Shown here one piece after another: positions 1-10,624 of a stretch of DNA of 64,000 bases (within the stretch, counting starts at the first letter, position 1; every line of letters begins with the position of its first letter). Under the pieces are notes generated by a model. It was not told where the DNA came from and made no database searches. It saw nothing but the letters and a program-made list of their open reading frames with translations. The position numbers were made by a program, and so were the translations under genes. Origin of the DNA: a virus; IMG/VR virus record IMGVR_UViG_3300030419_004676, positions 1-64,000 of that record. The stretch is one strand, 5' to 3'.

Positions 1-2
1 AA

Positions 3-836
3 GATTTAGATGAGTTAGAGGGTAAGTTAAATGAAAAACAAAGATACCAAGATAACATAACATCTAATATAAACATTACAAAAGAAAAACAAAAGAATAT
101 AACTACACAATTTAATTTAATTAAAAGTGATATGGAAAGAGCCAAGTCACAAGAACAAAATGTTATATTTAATCAACAAGTAGAAGTTGAGATTGATAAA
201 TTACAAAATAATAGTGATGATTTAGATTATCAATTAGATACACTTAATTCTAAAATTACAAATTTACATGGTGAGATTCAAGTATTGAAAACCAAAGAAA
301 AACAAATTAATGATAACATTAATAAAGTAGAAGAACTTGAAGATTCACACCAAGCATATCAATTCTTATTAGAGGCAATCAAACGAGATGGTGTTCCTTA
401 TGATTTAATTAGTAAATCATTACCTACCGTAGAGGGAGCAGTAAATGATATCTTGGCTCAAATAGTTGACTTCAGTATTATTTTTAATATGGATGGTAAA
501 GTTATTGATACTCATATTGTATATGATGACGATAGAGTATGGCCTTTAGAACTATCAAGTGGTATGGAACGATTCATTAGTTCTCTTGCAATAAGAGTTG
601 GTTTAATGAATGTTAGTAATTTACCACGAAGTAACTTTCTTGCTATAGATGAGGGTTGGGGAACAATGGATTCAGACAATCTAAATTCAGTTGCTCAATT
701 ATTCCAATATCTGAAATCAGAGTTTCAATTCTCATTAGTTGTTTCTCACATTGAAACAATGAGAGATTTCGTGGATACCTTATTAGAAATTAAAAAGGTA
801 AATGGAAGTTCATCAGTTAGATTTGCCAGAGGATGA
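3..836 (+). CDS. SbcC/Rad50/T4 gp46-like recombination ATPase, C-terminal part (5' truncated)
   Basis: Frame open from the window start; coiled coil, then ABC signature SSGMERF, Walker B/D-loop LAIDEGWGTMD, H-loop VSH. Confidence 0.9.
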   Translation, partial: DLDELEGKLNEKQRYQDNITSNINITKEKQKNITTQFNLIKSDMERAKSQEQNVIFNQQVEVEIDKLQNNSDDLDYQLDTLNSKITNLHGEIQVLKTKEKQINDNINKVEELEDSHQAYQFLLEAIKRDGVPYDLISKSLPTVEGAVNDILAQIVDFSIIFNMDGKVIDTHIVYDDDRVWPLELSSGMERFISSLAIRVGLMNVSNLPRSNFLAIDEGWGTMDSDNLNSVAQLFQYLKSEFQFSLVVSHIETMRDFVDTLLEIKKVNGSSSVRFARG

Positions 837-998
837 ACGCATAACATTTAATGGTCTAACAGAATTTTCTCTGTAAACTTTATGGATTTGTTGGTTTATA
901 AAAGAGGATAGAGAGACTCTATTTTCTTTACAATATAATTTTAACCAATTTACCAAATCTTCATCTAAGGTAAAGTTATATCTTTTCTTCTTATTCAT
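813..998 (-). CDS. Small ribbon-helix-helix (CopG/Arc-like) DNA-binding protein
   Basis: MNKKKRYNFTLDEDLVNWLKLYCKENRVSLSSFINQQI fits the RHH pattern; ATG at 998 preceded by AGGA on the - strand. Confidence 0.7.
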   Translation of the reverse strand: MNKKKRYNFTLDEDLVNWLKLYCKENRVSLSSFINQQIHKVYRENSVRPLNVMRSSSGKSN

Positions 999-1029
999 AA
1001 ATAATCCTACATATTTTATACACACTTAT

Positions 1030-1045
1030 TACTTATTAATAAGTA
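1030..1045. promoter_or_regulatory. Perfect 16-bp palindrome TACTTATTAATAAGTA between divergent genes (candidate operator)
   Basis: Read directly; lies between the RHH gene start and the tail operon motif. Confidence 0.5.
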
Positions 1046-1063
1046 TATTAATTGGTATGTTTT

Positions 1064-1072
1064 ATATTTATA
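1064..1072 (+). promoter_or_regulatory. Putative late promoter motif ATATTTATA
   Basis: Recurs in 7 intergenic gaps; ATATTTATAGTTGA identical to the 44728 copy. Confidence 0.65.
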
Positions 1073-1102
1073 GTTGAATATATAATATCATTCGGAAACC
1101 TA

Positions 1103-4100
1103 ATGCCTATATTAAAAAGAATAAACAAATATCAAGGATTAAAAGATTTAGATATCCTACAAGAGGAATCTGGATTATCCAGTAAATATTTCAATGTAGT
1201 AGATTTTCCATCTACTATTCCAAAGGGTGCCTCATCTTTTATTATTGCAGGTTCGCACTTTTTAAAGGAAAATGTAGAGTTAAAAATAGAGATTTTAGAT
1301 TCTGCAGGTAATCCTGTTTATACTGAAGCAATACCACATTATCTTGAGGGTAATGCTCGTAGAGTATCAATAGAAGTTTATGATGATACTGCCCCAGGTG
1401 ATGGTTTTCTTTATGTTGTTGGTGAGTTAAAAGATGGATTTGTAGATACAACTACACCAAATAATGAGTTTGGTATTGATTCAATAAATACTACGAGTCC
1501 TTTTGATGACCAATTAAATGCATTAAAACAACAAGCAAAGGCAGGTGTAGATGTACTTAATGAGATACAAGAGTTAGAAGATTTAAAAAATCAAAGAATA
1601 TCCACACTTGGTCAGACATCAATACAATCCATACCACCTGCATTCCAAGGTGTTTATAATGTAAGATATATCAGACCTATTTTTATTAATTCTACTATAC
1701 CTAATACTCAACCAATTATTTTTCATGGTGCCCCACGAGTAACCGTAAAGGAAATTGTTAAGGGTTTTGTTAATAATACTACTGCAGACACTACCGTAAC
1801 AATTACAGGTAGTGCAGATATAGAGAATACTCCAGATGGAACAGAGATATTACCAAAAGATAATGAACCTGTAGATGATTTTCCAGCACAACCAAATATT
1901 GAAGAACTTGATAGTGTTACAAAACAAATTGAAAGATTTAAGAATAATAGAAAGAGTAAAATTGAAGTAATTAGAAGACCACATTTAAGTACTCGTGGAA
2001 GAGTGGTTAGAAGGGCTTCACCTGAAGTTGAAAAGTCTAATATTAAAATTAATGAATTGGAATCTGGAACAGAAAATGATTCAAATAAAGCTTCAAGTGC
2101 ATTAGTAGGTGCAGATGTTACTATAAATAGTCCTGCAGTAGATACAACAAAATTTCCTACCGATGAGTTTACTATTCCTGATACATTTACAACAAAAGTT
2201 AAGAAAGTTAAAAATAGTAGTGTAGTTGAACCAGAAGACCAATTTTTTGTAACAAATAAAACTACAGGTGAAAAACATCCTGCAGATATTTTAGATTGTG
2301 TTGTTACTATGTCATATCAACCAGCACCACAACAATCTATAAGTACAACACACTTTAGGTCATTTGCAGATATTACGGTTGGTAATTTAAGAACATTTAG
2401 TGGTGATGTTTATAAATCAAAAATTTATGCAAGAAGTAAAGGAACACTTGGTGATTTTGAACCAATTTATGAAACACCAATAGAATCACCACAAATGTTA
2501 ATAGACCCATTTAGTACTACTGGGTTTGCAAATACTGGATATTTTTATACACAATCAATTATAGATGATTATTGGTTAATCAATAGTGGAACTAAGACAC
2601 AAAATGATGATTATTTAGTTGATGGTATGTTGGTAAGTGGTAGTAATCGTGGTATTGATGATGTTGTAACTTTAACTTCTTCTCAAAGTATTGAATTGGA
2701 ATATGGTGTTCCTTATACATTACAATTTAATTCATATTATCTAAAGGAAGAAAAATTAACATCAGAAGAAGATGTTAGTAATAGTGCAATATTAAAAGTT
2801 TACTTAAGTGGTTCTGCAATATCTGGAGATGGTGGAGAAGAAGACCATTTCCTTGGTGAAGTAAATATACCACAAAGTTCTGCCGTAGAAGGTAAAATAG
2901 ATAATGTATATAATACATTTATCTCATCAACAACAGGTGACCCAAAAACACAACTTATATTTAAAGTAGAGGCAGGTAGGTTTGTAATATCTGATGTTAT
3001 GTTACGACCTTATAGTGAAACTAATTTTAATCCTGAATTCTTTAGGGCAATTGTACCAATGCCTCATCCAATGCCTAAGAAACCTGATAATTATGATTTC
3101 TTAGTTGAGTTCTTTGATACAGATAGTAATATTGCAGAGACGATTGCAATAACTGAAAATGTTCTGTTTGAGGGTGCTTCATTTAATATTGATGGTGATG
3201 GTAATCTACTTAGTGGTTCTATGTATATGGGTAGTGTTGAGGGTAGTGGTATTGAACTTCATGGTGGTTCTGCATATATGAGGTCACTTGGATATAATGG
3301 ATTTGATAGAACTATTGCAGAAAATAAAGGTGGATTTTTAATCTTTAGTGGTTCAGTTTCCCAATCACTCTCTACAAGTCAAAGTTATGATGGAGTTGGA
3401 TTGGAATTAGTTGATGCACATGGTTCAACTGATAGGTATTTAAGATTTAGAACAAATCCAAGTTTATTTGAAGTAGTAACTGATACATTCTTTCTTGGTA
3501 GTGAGACTGGAGCATTTGTAAGTGGTAGTGGTGGTAATATAGAAATAAGTTCAAGTAATTTTCATTTGACAAATACTGGTGATGTTACTATGAGTGGTGT
3601 TATTACTGCAACTGCTGGTAACATTGGTGATTGGAATATTGTAGATGGTAAATTGAGTGGTAGTAATATCACAATGGATGCAACAACTTCCACAATATAC
3701 AAAACAGACCAAGGCCCTGGTACTGATAGTGCTGCTGCATTTGACCAATTAAGAGATGAGTATTATATAGACTTCACACCAACAACTGAAAATCCAGACA
3801 ACTATTATATTAAGATGGGCCCAATGTTTATGGTGGACAAAGATGGTATCTTGATTGCAAGTGGTGCAACATTTGAGGGAAGTATTACTGCAAGTGCAGG
3901 TATGATAGGTGGATTTCAAACTGATAGTAGTTCATTTCATAGTCAGAATATTTTTATAAGTGGTAGTCCTACACCAACAGGAACATATACACATTTAAAT
4001 CAAGACCAATATATGTTTATCTCTACTTCAAACTTTAATGTAAAAGAAAGTGGTGATGTAACAGGTTCAAATGTATTATTTAGTGGTGGTAGAGTTGCAA

Positions 4101-7100
4101 ATTGGGATATTGATGGTGATACACTTTCAAGTGTCAATGCTTCTGGTAAAGGTATTATACTTGATGCAGATAACTCAACACCAATTATTACAATCAAAGA
4201 GGATAGTAATAATAAGTTAGAATTATATCATACTACTTCTACTAATTGGGGTATTATAGGAAAATCAGGTGGTAGTAATTTATTCCGATTGGGTGATACA
4301 AATCAAATTGCAGGTTGGGAAATAAGTGGAAGTTATATTACTAAGGCACTTAGTGGTCATTCTACAACTGCTACATCCAGAATTTACTTATCAGTTGAGG
4401 CTGATAATCAAGCTCAAAATATTCAACAAGGTTTACATATATACAGAGATGATGATGATACAACCGATGGTCATGTAAAGATAGTTAGAGTTGGTGGATT
4501 GAGTGATACTACTAATTTACACCACAATGATGATTATGGTTTACAAATAATAAAAAAGAATTCATCTAATAATTACTCTAATCTTCTGTATATTGGTAAA
4601 AGTGAACAAAACATTTCAGGTTGGAACTTAACAACTTCTGGATTTCATAATGACGCTGGTACGGTTGAATTATCTTCTACTCAAGCCTCAATGTCTTTGG
4701 GTAGTGGTAATGAAGTTGTTATACGAGGAAATAGTAATAGTCCATTTATAAGTTTACAACCAGCCGAAGCTATTGCAGATAAAACCTATGGTGGAAATGG
4801 AGTATTTCTTGGAGTAGCAAGTGGAGTAACACCATTGTTTTCGGCAGTAACTGGTAGTAATCATTTAAAATTTAATGGTACTGGTATTGAAATAAAAACA
4901 AGTGATTTTCATGTTGATACTTCAACATTTGATGTGAGTACAAATTATGGTGGAAGTATAAAACTTGGTAGTTCACCAAGTATGACAGCCACAGGATTAT
5001 TCATGAGTGGAAGTGGAGAGTTTAATTTCCAACAAGATGCAAAGAATTATATTAGGTTTGATGATGTAAATAAACTTGATGTGAAATCAGAAAAATTTGG
5101 TTTAGATGCAGGTACATTAAAAATAAGTAGTTCATTAAATAATGGTTCTATTGCATTAGGTGTAACACCACCAATTGCATATAATAGTGGAAATGGTTTT
5201 TATGTAGATGGTAATGAAAGATTTTTACTTGGAAGTTCTACTGGTTCAAGAATTCAGTTTGATGGTTCAACATTCACCGTAAGTTCATCCGCATTTGAAT
5301 TAAATACTGATACAATTGATATTAGTTCTGGTAATGAAAGAATACAAGTATTTGATGATAGTGGTAATGAATATGTAAGAATAGGTGAAATAAGTGATTC
5401 TGATGGTAGTGATGATTATGGAATGAAAATCTATGATGGCAGTGGAACTGCAGATGGTAACACTTTAGTTAAGTTTGGTGAAGAGGGTAATAGAATTGCA
5501 GGTTGGTCAATAGATGGTAGTAATATATTTTCAACTAATTTATTTTTAAGAAGTGCAGGAACAATAGAAACTGCAGACTTTGCATCTAATGTAAGAGGTT
5601 GGAGAATATCTGCAGCAGGTAATGGAACTGCAGAGTTTGAAAATGCAAGAATTCGTGGAACATTATCAACTGCAGTATTTGAGAAAGAAACCGTAAATGC
5701 CGTAGGTGGTCAATTATATGTAGCAAACTCAACATCAATAACAGGTTCGGCGGGTGTAACTGCATCACAAGAAACTATGTCGGTTGTAAATGCAACTGGA
5801 TTTACTGGAAGTTATAATAATGATGGTGAAGTTTTATCAATTAAGAAAGTAACAACTACAGGATTCCAAACAGAGTATGTATTGGTTCAAAGTGCATCAA
5901 GAGACTTTCCATCAAGTGAAACTAATTTTGCTGGTAAGTTATATGTGAAGCGTGGATATAGTGGTTCAAGTGCGACTCATAGTGGTAGTGAAGCTGCATT
6001 TGTAGGTGATATACAATCAACACCATCAAATTATGAAGAGGGACAAGTTTTAGTATCTACTGGTAGAAGTGGTAGTGGATATATTAGATTAAATGCAAAT
6101 CCAAATGATACCACAACACCATATATTGATATTGTAGAAAGAACGGGTAGTAACATTTATGATGTAGATTTGAAAGCTCGTGTAGGTGATTTAAGTGGTG
6201 TGAATGTTAGTGAGTTTGCAGAATTTGGTATTTTACCAGCAGATGCAGGATTTGGTATTTATACAAGTAATGGTTACTTTACTGGTGGTATAACTGCAAC
6301 TACAGGTTCTATCACTGGTAAATTATTTGTCCATACAGGAGTTGGTGCAAGTAATAAGATTATAATTGGTACTGATGTTCAAGATGATGGTAGTGGAACT
6401 AATGATGGTATGTGGATTAATACCCACAATTATTGGTATACTACAGGACAATTCAAAGTAGGTTCAGGAACCAATTTCTTATCACATGATGGTAGTGGTG
6501 ATATACAAATACAATCACAAAAATTTGAATTAGATGCAACAGACCTACATATATCATCAACACAAGCATCAATGAGTTTAGGTCATGATTCAGACCCAAG
6601 TAATGATGGTGGAATAAAAATTAAGGGTTCTGCAGGTGGTAGTATTGGATTAGGTGGTGTAATACCAACAACATTATTAAGTAATGGTATTTTTATGAGT
6701 GGAAGTGGAGAATTTAATTTCCAAAGAAACTCTACAAATTATTTAAGATTTGCAAATAATAGATTAGATGTTAGAACATCTGATATAGGAATAAATTCTA
6801 CGGGTCTAAAGATGATTGCATCATCAAGTGGTGAGAATAGTATAGGACTTGGTAGTGCAACCACATTTGGACAGGCTGGAATCTTTATGAGTGGTAGTGG
6901 TGGTATTTCTATATACAAAAACCCAACCAATTACTTAATGATGACTGGTAGTACATTTGATATTGCAGCATCTAACATAACTTTAAGTGGTAGTGGAATT
7001 AATTTACTAACAGAAAACTTTTATTTTGGTAGTGCTACAAATTATATAAGTGGTAGTTCAAGTGGAATTGCAATAAAAACTGGTGAATTTGAAGTAGATG

Positions 7101-9607
7101 CAAGTGGTATTGAAATATCATCTGCACAACAATCCATGTCATTGGGTTCAAGTAACCAAATTAATTTAGATGGAAATGGTGGAACAGGTGGAGTTCCAAA
7201 GATTACTCTACTTGGTGGTGAGATAGAATCAACAGGAAGTGCTGGAAGATTCTTCGTAGATACTGCAGGTGGAATAAGTGCAAGTGCAATATTAATATCA
7301 GACAATTTATCAGTAGATACAAGTCAAGTTTATAACTTTGGGGATGGTAATTATAATTCCTACTTCTTTGGTAGAAATGATGCAATGAGAATTGTAACTG
7401 CAGACTTTAATTTAACCACAAATACATTGATTGTGTCTTCGTCTGATGTTGGAACAATTGCACTTGGTTCTACACCACCACAAAGTGCAGCAAGTGGTAA
7501 TGGTATTTTCTTAAAAGGTGATGGAACATTTTTAGTTGGAAACACAAGTGGTAATTATATAAATTATAGTGGTGGAACATTTACATTAAAACCATCTCAT
7601 ATAGATTTAGAAACAACAGGACCTAATAAAGTAAAATTAGATTCAACAGGAACTTATCCTGAATTTGCATTGGGGGCTACTTTAAATACAAGTGTTGGTG
7701 GAACTAACAAAGGTATTTATATGAATGGTAGTGGTAGTTTCTTAGTTAGAGGAGATGCCAATAATTTACTTAAATTAGATGCCTCATCAAATACTTTACA
7801 ATTAAAATCTGATACATTCCAATTAGACGCCTCAACTATCGTTATGGATAGTGCAACCAATAATGGTAAGATTGCATTAGGACAAACACCACCAACTGCT
7901 TATAATAGTGGTAATGGATTTTATACAGATGGACAAGGTAGATTACTTGTTGGTAGTTCTACAGGTTCAAAAATACAATGGAATGGTTCAACTTTAGTAG
8001 TTAGTTCTTCAGACTTCTATTTAGGTGGTGGTGGACAATTCGTTAGTGGTAGTGGTGGTAATATAGAAATAAGTTCAAGTAACTTCCATCTAACAAATGC
8101 TGGTAATATAACAGCAACAGGAACAATAAATGCCAACACAGGAACATTCGGTGGAACATCAAATGGTTGGACAATTACAACTGGTAAATTACATAATGCA
8201 GGTGCAACTGGAGTAAATGATTATATTGGATTAGTTCATTCATCACAGGCACATGCAGATGTCGGTGTACAAAGTGCATTTTATGCAGGTGCAGATGCAA
8301 ACACTGGTCAAGATGCAAAAATATCCTTTGGTTCGGATGGTAAGATTAGAGGAACTGGTGTTTATGTTAGAAACCAAAAAGAATTTTTAATTAGTGCAGA
8401 AACTATCTTTGGTGGTGGTGAAGATGGAGATTTGAGAGTAGATTCACATGGAGAAAGTGGAACAATGGAAATATGGACTGATGGATTTACATCATCACCA
8501 TCTGCATCCATAACTGATGGTAATCTTGGAAAAATTTATTCACCTGGATATAAAGACCATATAATGACAAAATATGATGCAACCGATGGTCGTTATCTTC
8601 GTTTAGAAAGAGATGTTTATTTAAAACGACTTATATTAGGTGTTGATGATGGTGACCTAAAATTTCATATGAATGGATATAGGTTGTTTGCATCAGAGGG
8701 TATTTTTATTTATTCTGATTCAGGTGGTAGTAGTAATTATGTTCTTTTCTTTGAAAATGCTAGTTCAGGTGGTGTTGGTGGAAATGGTACCGATGGTCTT
8801 TCAGACAGAAATGGAACTGCATATCAAGCACTGGCCAATGCAACTGCAGGAACTGCAGGAACTGGTGGAAGTGGAAGAACAGGTGGAACATTAGTAGGTT
8901 TACAACAAGGTGGTGCAGGTGGTGCAGGTGGTACAGGTGGTGGTGTATCGGTAGATTTGAGTAGTGGTAATCCTGGAACACCATCAGCAAACACACCAGG
9001 AACTGGAACAACACCAGCAACATCATCTCTTGCAACAGATGGATTGAGTACTGTTCATCCAATGATTTCAACATTAACTGGTAGAGCAGGTGTTAAGGGT
9101 GGTAATGGTGGACAATCATCAGAGGGTGGTGGTGGAAACTCATCAGCCGCAGCAGCTTCTTCACCATCAGTAGTTCAGGGAGGTATACAATATTTATCAA
9201 CACCTGCAGATAGTATTATTAAAGTAAGAGCAGAATTTGGTAGTAATGATTATGCCATTAGATTAACCACAAGTCCAACTAATTCTGGTGGAACAGGTGG
9301 TGGTGGTGGTAAAGGTGATTCTGCCGATGAGGGAATAGGTGAAGCTGCATCAAGATATGCAACATTTGCAGGTGGTGCAGGTGGTGGAGGCGGTGGTGCT
9401 GGTTCAAATGGTGGTATCGTTTTAATATCAGCAAAAGTTATTGATTGGTGGAATACGAGTGTATATTCTACAACAATACCAACATTAGGAGTACCAAGTC
9501 CTGGTAGTAATACTGGTGGTCATGGAAGATGTAAATTACAAGCCGTAGGTGGTAATGGTGGTAATGGTGGTAATGGTGGCCAAGGTGGTGGATTAGGATT
9601 ATCATAA
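1103..9607 (+). CDS. Giant modular tail fibre/baseplate-associated structural protein (~2834 aa) with Gly-rich C-terminus
   Basis: Beta-repeat motifs (GNIGDWNI, IAGWEI), internal module duplications, Ser/Gly-rich; likely start ATG 1103 downstream of the promoter motif. Confidence 0.75.
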   Translation: MPILKRINKYQGLKDLDILQEESGLSSKYFNVVDFPSTIPKGASSFIIAGSHFLKENVELKIEILDSAGNPVYTEAIPHYLEGNARRVSIEVYDDTAPGDGFLYVVGELKDGFVDTTTPNNEFGIDSINTTSPFDDQLNALKQQAKAGVDVLNEIQELEDLKNQRISTLGQTSIQSIPPAFQGVYNVRYIRPIFINSTIPNTQPIIFHGAPRVTVKEIVKGFVNNTTADTTVTITGSADIENTPDGTEILPKDNEPVDDFPAQPNIEELDSVTKQIERFKNNRKSKIEVIRRPHLSTRGRVVRRASPEVEKSNIKINELESGTENDSNKASSALVGADVTINSPAVDTTKFPTDEFTIPDTFTTKVKKVKNSSVVEPEDQFFVTNKTTGEKHPADILDCVVTMSYQPAPQQSISTTHFRSFADITVGNLRTFSGDVYKSKIYARSKGTLGDFEPIYETPIESPQMLIDPFSTTGFANTGYFYTQSIIDDYWLINSGTKTQNDDYLVDGMLVSGSNRGIDDVVTLTSSQSIELEYGVPYTLQFNSYYLKEEKLTSEEDVSNSAILKVYLSGSAISGDGGEEDHFLGEVNIPQSSAVEGKIDNVYNTFISSTTGDPKTQLIFKVEAGRFVISDVMLRPYSETNFNPEFFRAIVPMPHPMPKKPDNYDFLVEFFDTDSNIAETIAITENVLFEGASFNIDGDGNLLSGSMYMGSVEGSGIELHGGSAYMRSLGYNGFDRTIAENKGGFLIFSGSVSQSLSTSQSYDGVGLELVDAHGSTDRYLRFRTNPSLFEVVTDTFFLGSETGAFVSGSGGNIEISSSNFHLTNTGDVTMSGVITATAGNIGDWNIVDGKLSGSNITMDATTSTIYKTDQGPGTDSAAAFDQLRDEYYIDFTPTTENPDNYYIKMGPMFMVDKDGILIASGATFEGSITASAGMIGGFQTDSSSFHSQNIFISGSPTPTGTYTHLNQDQYMFISTSNFNVKESGDVTGSNVLFSGGRVANWDIDGDTLSSVNASGKGIILDADNSTPIITIKEDSNNKLELYHTTSTNWGIIGKSGGSNLFRLGDTNQIAGWEISGSYITKALSGHSTTATSRIYLSVEADNQAQNIQQGLHIYRDDDDTTDGHVKIVRVGGLSDTTNLHHNDDYGLQIIKKNSSNNYSNLLYIGKSEQNISGWNLTTSGFHNDAGTVELSSTQASMSLGSGNEVVIRGNSNSPFISLQPAEAIADKTYGGNGVFLGVASGVTPLFSAVTGSNHLKFNGTGIEIKTSDFHVDTSTFDVSTNYGGSIKLGSSPSMTATGLFMSGSGEFNFQQDAKNYIRFDDVNKLDVKSEKFGLDAGTLKISSSLNNGSIALGVTPPIAYNSGNGFYVDGNERFLLGSSTGSRIQFDGSTFTVSSSAFELNTDTIDISSGNERIQVFDDSGNEYVRIGEISDSDGSDDYGMKIYDGSGTADGNTLVKFGEEGNRIAGWSIDGSNIFSTNLFLRSAGTIETADFASNVRGWRISAAGNGTAEFENARIRGTLSTAVFEKETVNAVGGQLYVANSTSITGSAGVTASQETMSVVNATGFTGSYNNDGEVLSIKKVTTTGFQTEYVLVQSASRDFPSSETNFAGKLYVKRGYSGSSATHSGSEAAFVGDIQSTPSNYEEGQVLVSTGRSGSGYIRLNANPNDTTTPYIDIVERTGSNIYDVDLKARVGDLSGVNVSEFAEFGILPADAGFGIYTSNGYFTGGITATTGSITGKLFVHTGVGASNKIIIGTDVQDDGSGTNDGMWINTHNYWYTTGQFKVGSGTNFLSHDGSGDIQIQSQKFELDATDLHISSTQASMSLGHDSDPSNDGGIKIKGSAGGSIGLGGVIPTTLLSNGIFMSGSGEFNFQRNSTNYLRFANNRLDVRTSDIGINSTGLKMIASSSGENSIGLGSATTFGQAGIFMSGSGGISIYKNPTNYLMMTGSTFDIAASNITLSGSGINLLTENFYFGSATNYISGSSSGIAIKTGEFEVDASGIEISSAQQSMSLGSSNQINLDGNGGTGGVPKITLLGGEIESTGSAGRFFVDTAGGISASAILISDNLSVDTSQVYNFGDGNYNSYFFGRNDAMRIVTADFNLTTNTLIVSSSDVGTIALGSTPPQSAASGNGIFLKGDGTFLVGNTSGNYINYSGGTFTLKPSHIDLETTGPNKVKLDSTGTYPEFALGATLNTSVGGTNKGIYMNGSGSFLVRGDANNLLKLDASSNTLQLKSDTFQLDASTIVMDSATNNGKIALGQTPPTAYNSGNGFYTDGQGRLLVGSSTGSKIQWNGSTLVVSSSDFYLGGGGQFVSGSGGNIEISSSNFHLTNAGNITATGTINANTGTFGGTSNGWTITTGKLHNAGATGVNDYIGLVHSSQAHADVGVQSAFYAGADANTGQDAKISFGSDGKIRGTGVYVRNQKEFLISAETIFGGGEDGDLRVDSHGESGTMEIWTDGFTSSPSASITDGNLGKIYSPGYKDHIMTKYDATDGRYLRLERDVYLKRLILGVDDGDLKFHMNGYRLFASEGIFIYSDSGGSSNYVLFFENASSGGVGGNGTDGLSDRNGTAYQALANATAGTAGTGGSGRTGGTLVGLQQGGAGGAGGTGGGVSVDLSSGNPGTPSANTPGTGTTPATSSLATDGLSTVHPMISTLTGRAGVKGGNGGQSSEGGGGNSSAAAASSPSVVQGGIQYLSTPADSIIKVRAEFGSNDYAIRLTTSPTNSGGTGGGGGKGDSADEGIGEAASRYATFAGGAGGGGGGAGSNGGIVLISAKVIDWWNTSVYSTTIPTLGVPSPGSNTGGHGRCKLQAVGGNGGNGGNGGQGGGLGLS

Positions 9608-9618
9608 TAGGAAATAAT

Positions 9619-10032
9619 ATGTTTAATGTTAAAAATGAAATGAGAAAAAAATATCAAGTCAATTGGACTACAAAAACAAGATTTAGAATGGCCTTGCCAA
9701 AACGAAGTGGAGGCGGAGGCGGAGGCGGCGGTGGTGGTGCTGGTGGTAATGGTGGAGTTATTATGTTAGTAACATCCAACTTAACACCGACAGGAAGTAC
9801 ACCACTCGGAACATTTAACCCATCCTACACAATATCAGATGGAACAAATCAAATGGTATTTCAAACATTCACTTCTGCTTCTAATAGTGGATTTGATGCA
9901 ACTGGTGGAACTGGAGGAACTGGTGGAAATTCGGGTAGTGCAGGTGAACTTGGAACTTTGGCTGGTGATGGTGTAAAAGGAAGTGATGGACACGATGGTA
10001 GAGAGGGTGTTGCAGCAGTAATATTTGTATAA
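9619..10032 (+). CDS. Gly-rich small structural protein resembling a continuation of the upstream Gly-rich domain
   Basis: GGGAGGNGGVIMLV vs upstream GGGAGSNGGIVLIS; AGGA upstream of ATG. Confidence 0.6.
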   Translation: MFNVKNEMRKKYQVNWTTKTRFRMALPKRSGGGGGGGGGGAGGNGGVIMLVTSNLTPTGSTPLGTFNPSYTISDGTNQMVFQTFTSASNSGFDATGGTGGTGGNSGSAGELGTLAGDGVKGSDGHDGREGVAAVIFV

Positions 10033-10040
10033 GGAAATAA

Positions 10041-10622
10041 ATGGCAAATTTAGATAAATCAGGAATCACAAGTGGTGCGAGTATCACAAGTACACATGTA
10101 ACAAATTTATATGATGCACTTACAGGTGATACTACATACGACAACATTAACCTAAAGAAGTTTAATTCTCTTGGTATAAATGATGATGCCACATCAACCA
10201 AGATAACTATAACTAATACTGGTTTAGGGATTAATGATGCATCACCTGGTGTTGCATTGGATGTTGATGGTGCAGGTAGATTTACTGGTAATGTAACAGC
10301 CTATTATTCTTCTGATATAAGATTAAAAGATAATATTAGACCTATTGAGAATTCATTATTTAAAATCAGTAAACTACGAGGAGTAGAGTTTGATTGGAAT
10401 GATAATGCAGATATTGTAGAAAGAGAAAAAGGACACGATGTAGGTTTGATTGCTCAAGAAGTAGAAGAAGTTTTACCTGAAATAGTTACTACTCGTAAGG
10501 ATGGTTACAAGGCAATACAATATGAAAAGGTCGTATCATTATTAGTTCAAGGTATAAATGACCAACAAAAACAAATAGAAGATTTGAAAAAAGAATTAGA
10601 TGAAATTAAAAAGAGGTTATAG
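10041..10622 (+). CDS. Short tail fibre protein with C-terminal intramolecular chaperone (peptidase S74)
   Basis: YYSSDIRLKDNI...RGVEFDW...GLIAQEVEEVLPEIV...Y plus C-terminal coiled coil. Confidence 0.9.
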   Translation: MANLDKSGITSGASITSTHVTNLYDALTGDTTYDNINLKKFNSLGINDDATSTKITITNTGLGINDASPGVALDVDGAGRFTGNVTAYYSSDIRLKDNIRPIENSLFKISKLRGVEFDWNDNADIVEREKGHDVGLIAQEVEEVLPEIVTTRKDGYKAIQYEKVVSLLVQGINDQQKQIEDLKKELDEIKKRL

Positions 10623-10624
10623 AA

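Noticed and set aside
9596-9712. T4 gene 60-style ribosomal bypass joining the giant ORF to the next
   Set aside because: No in-frame landing codon matching the TCA before the stop; the downstream ORF has its own AGGA and ATG
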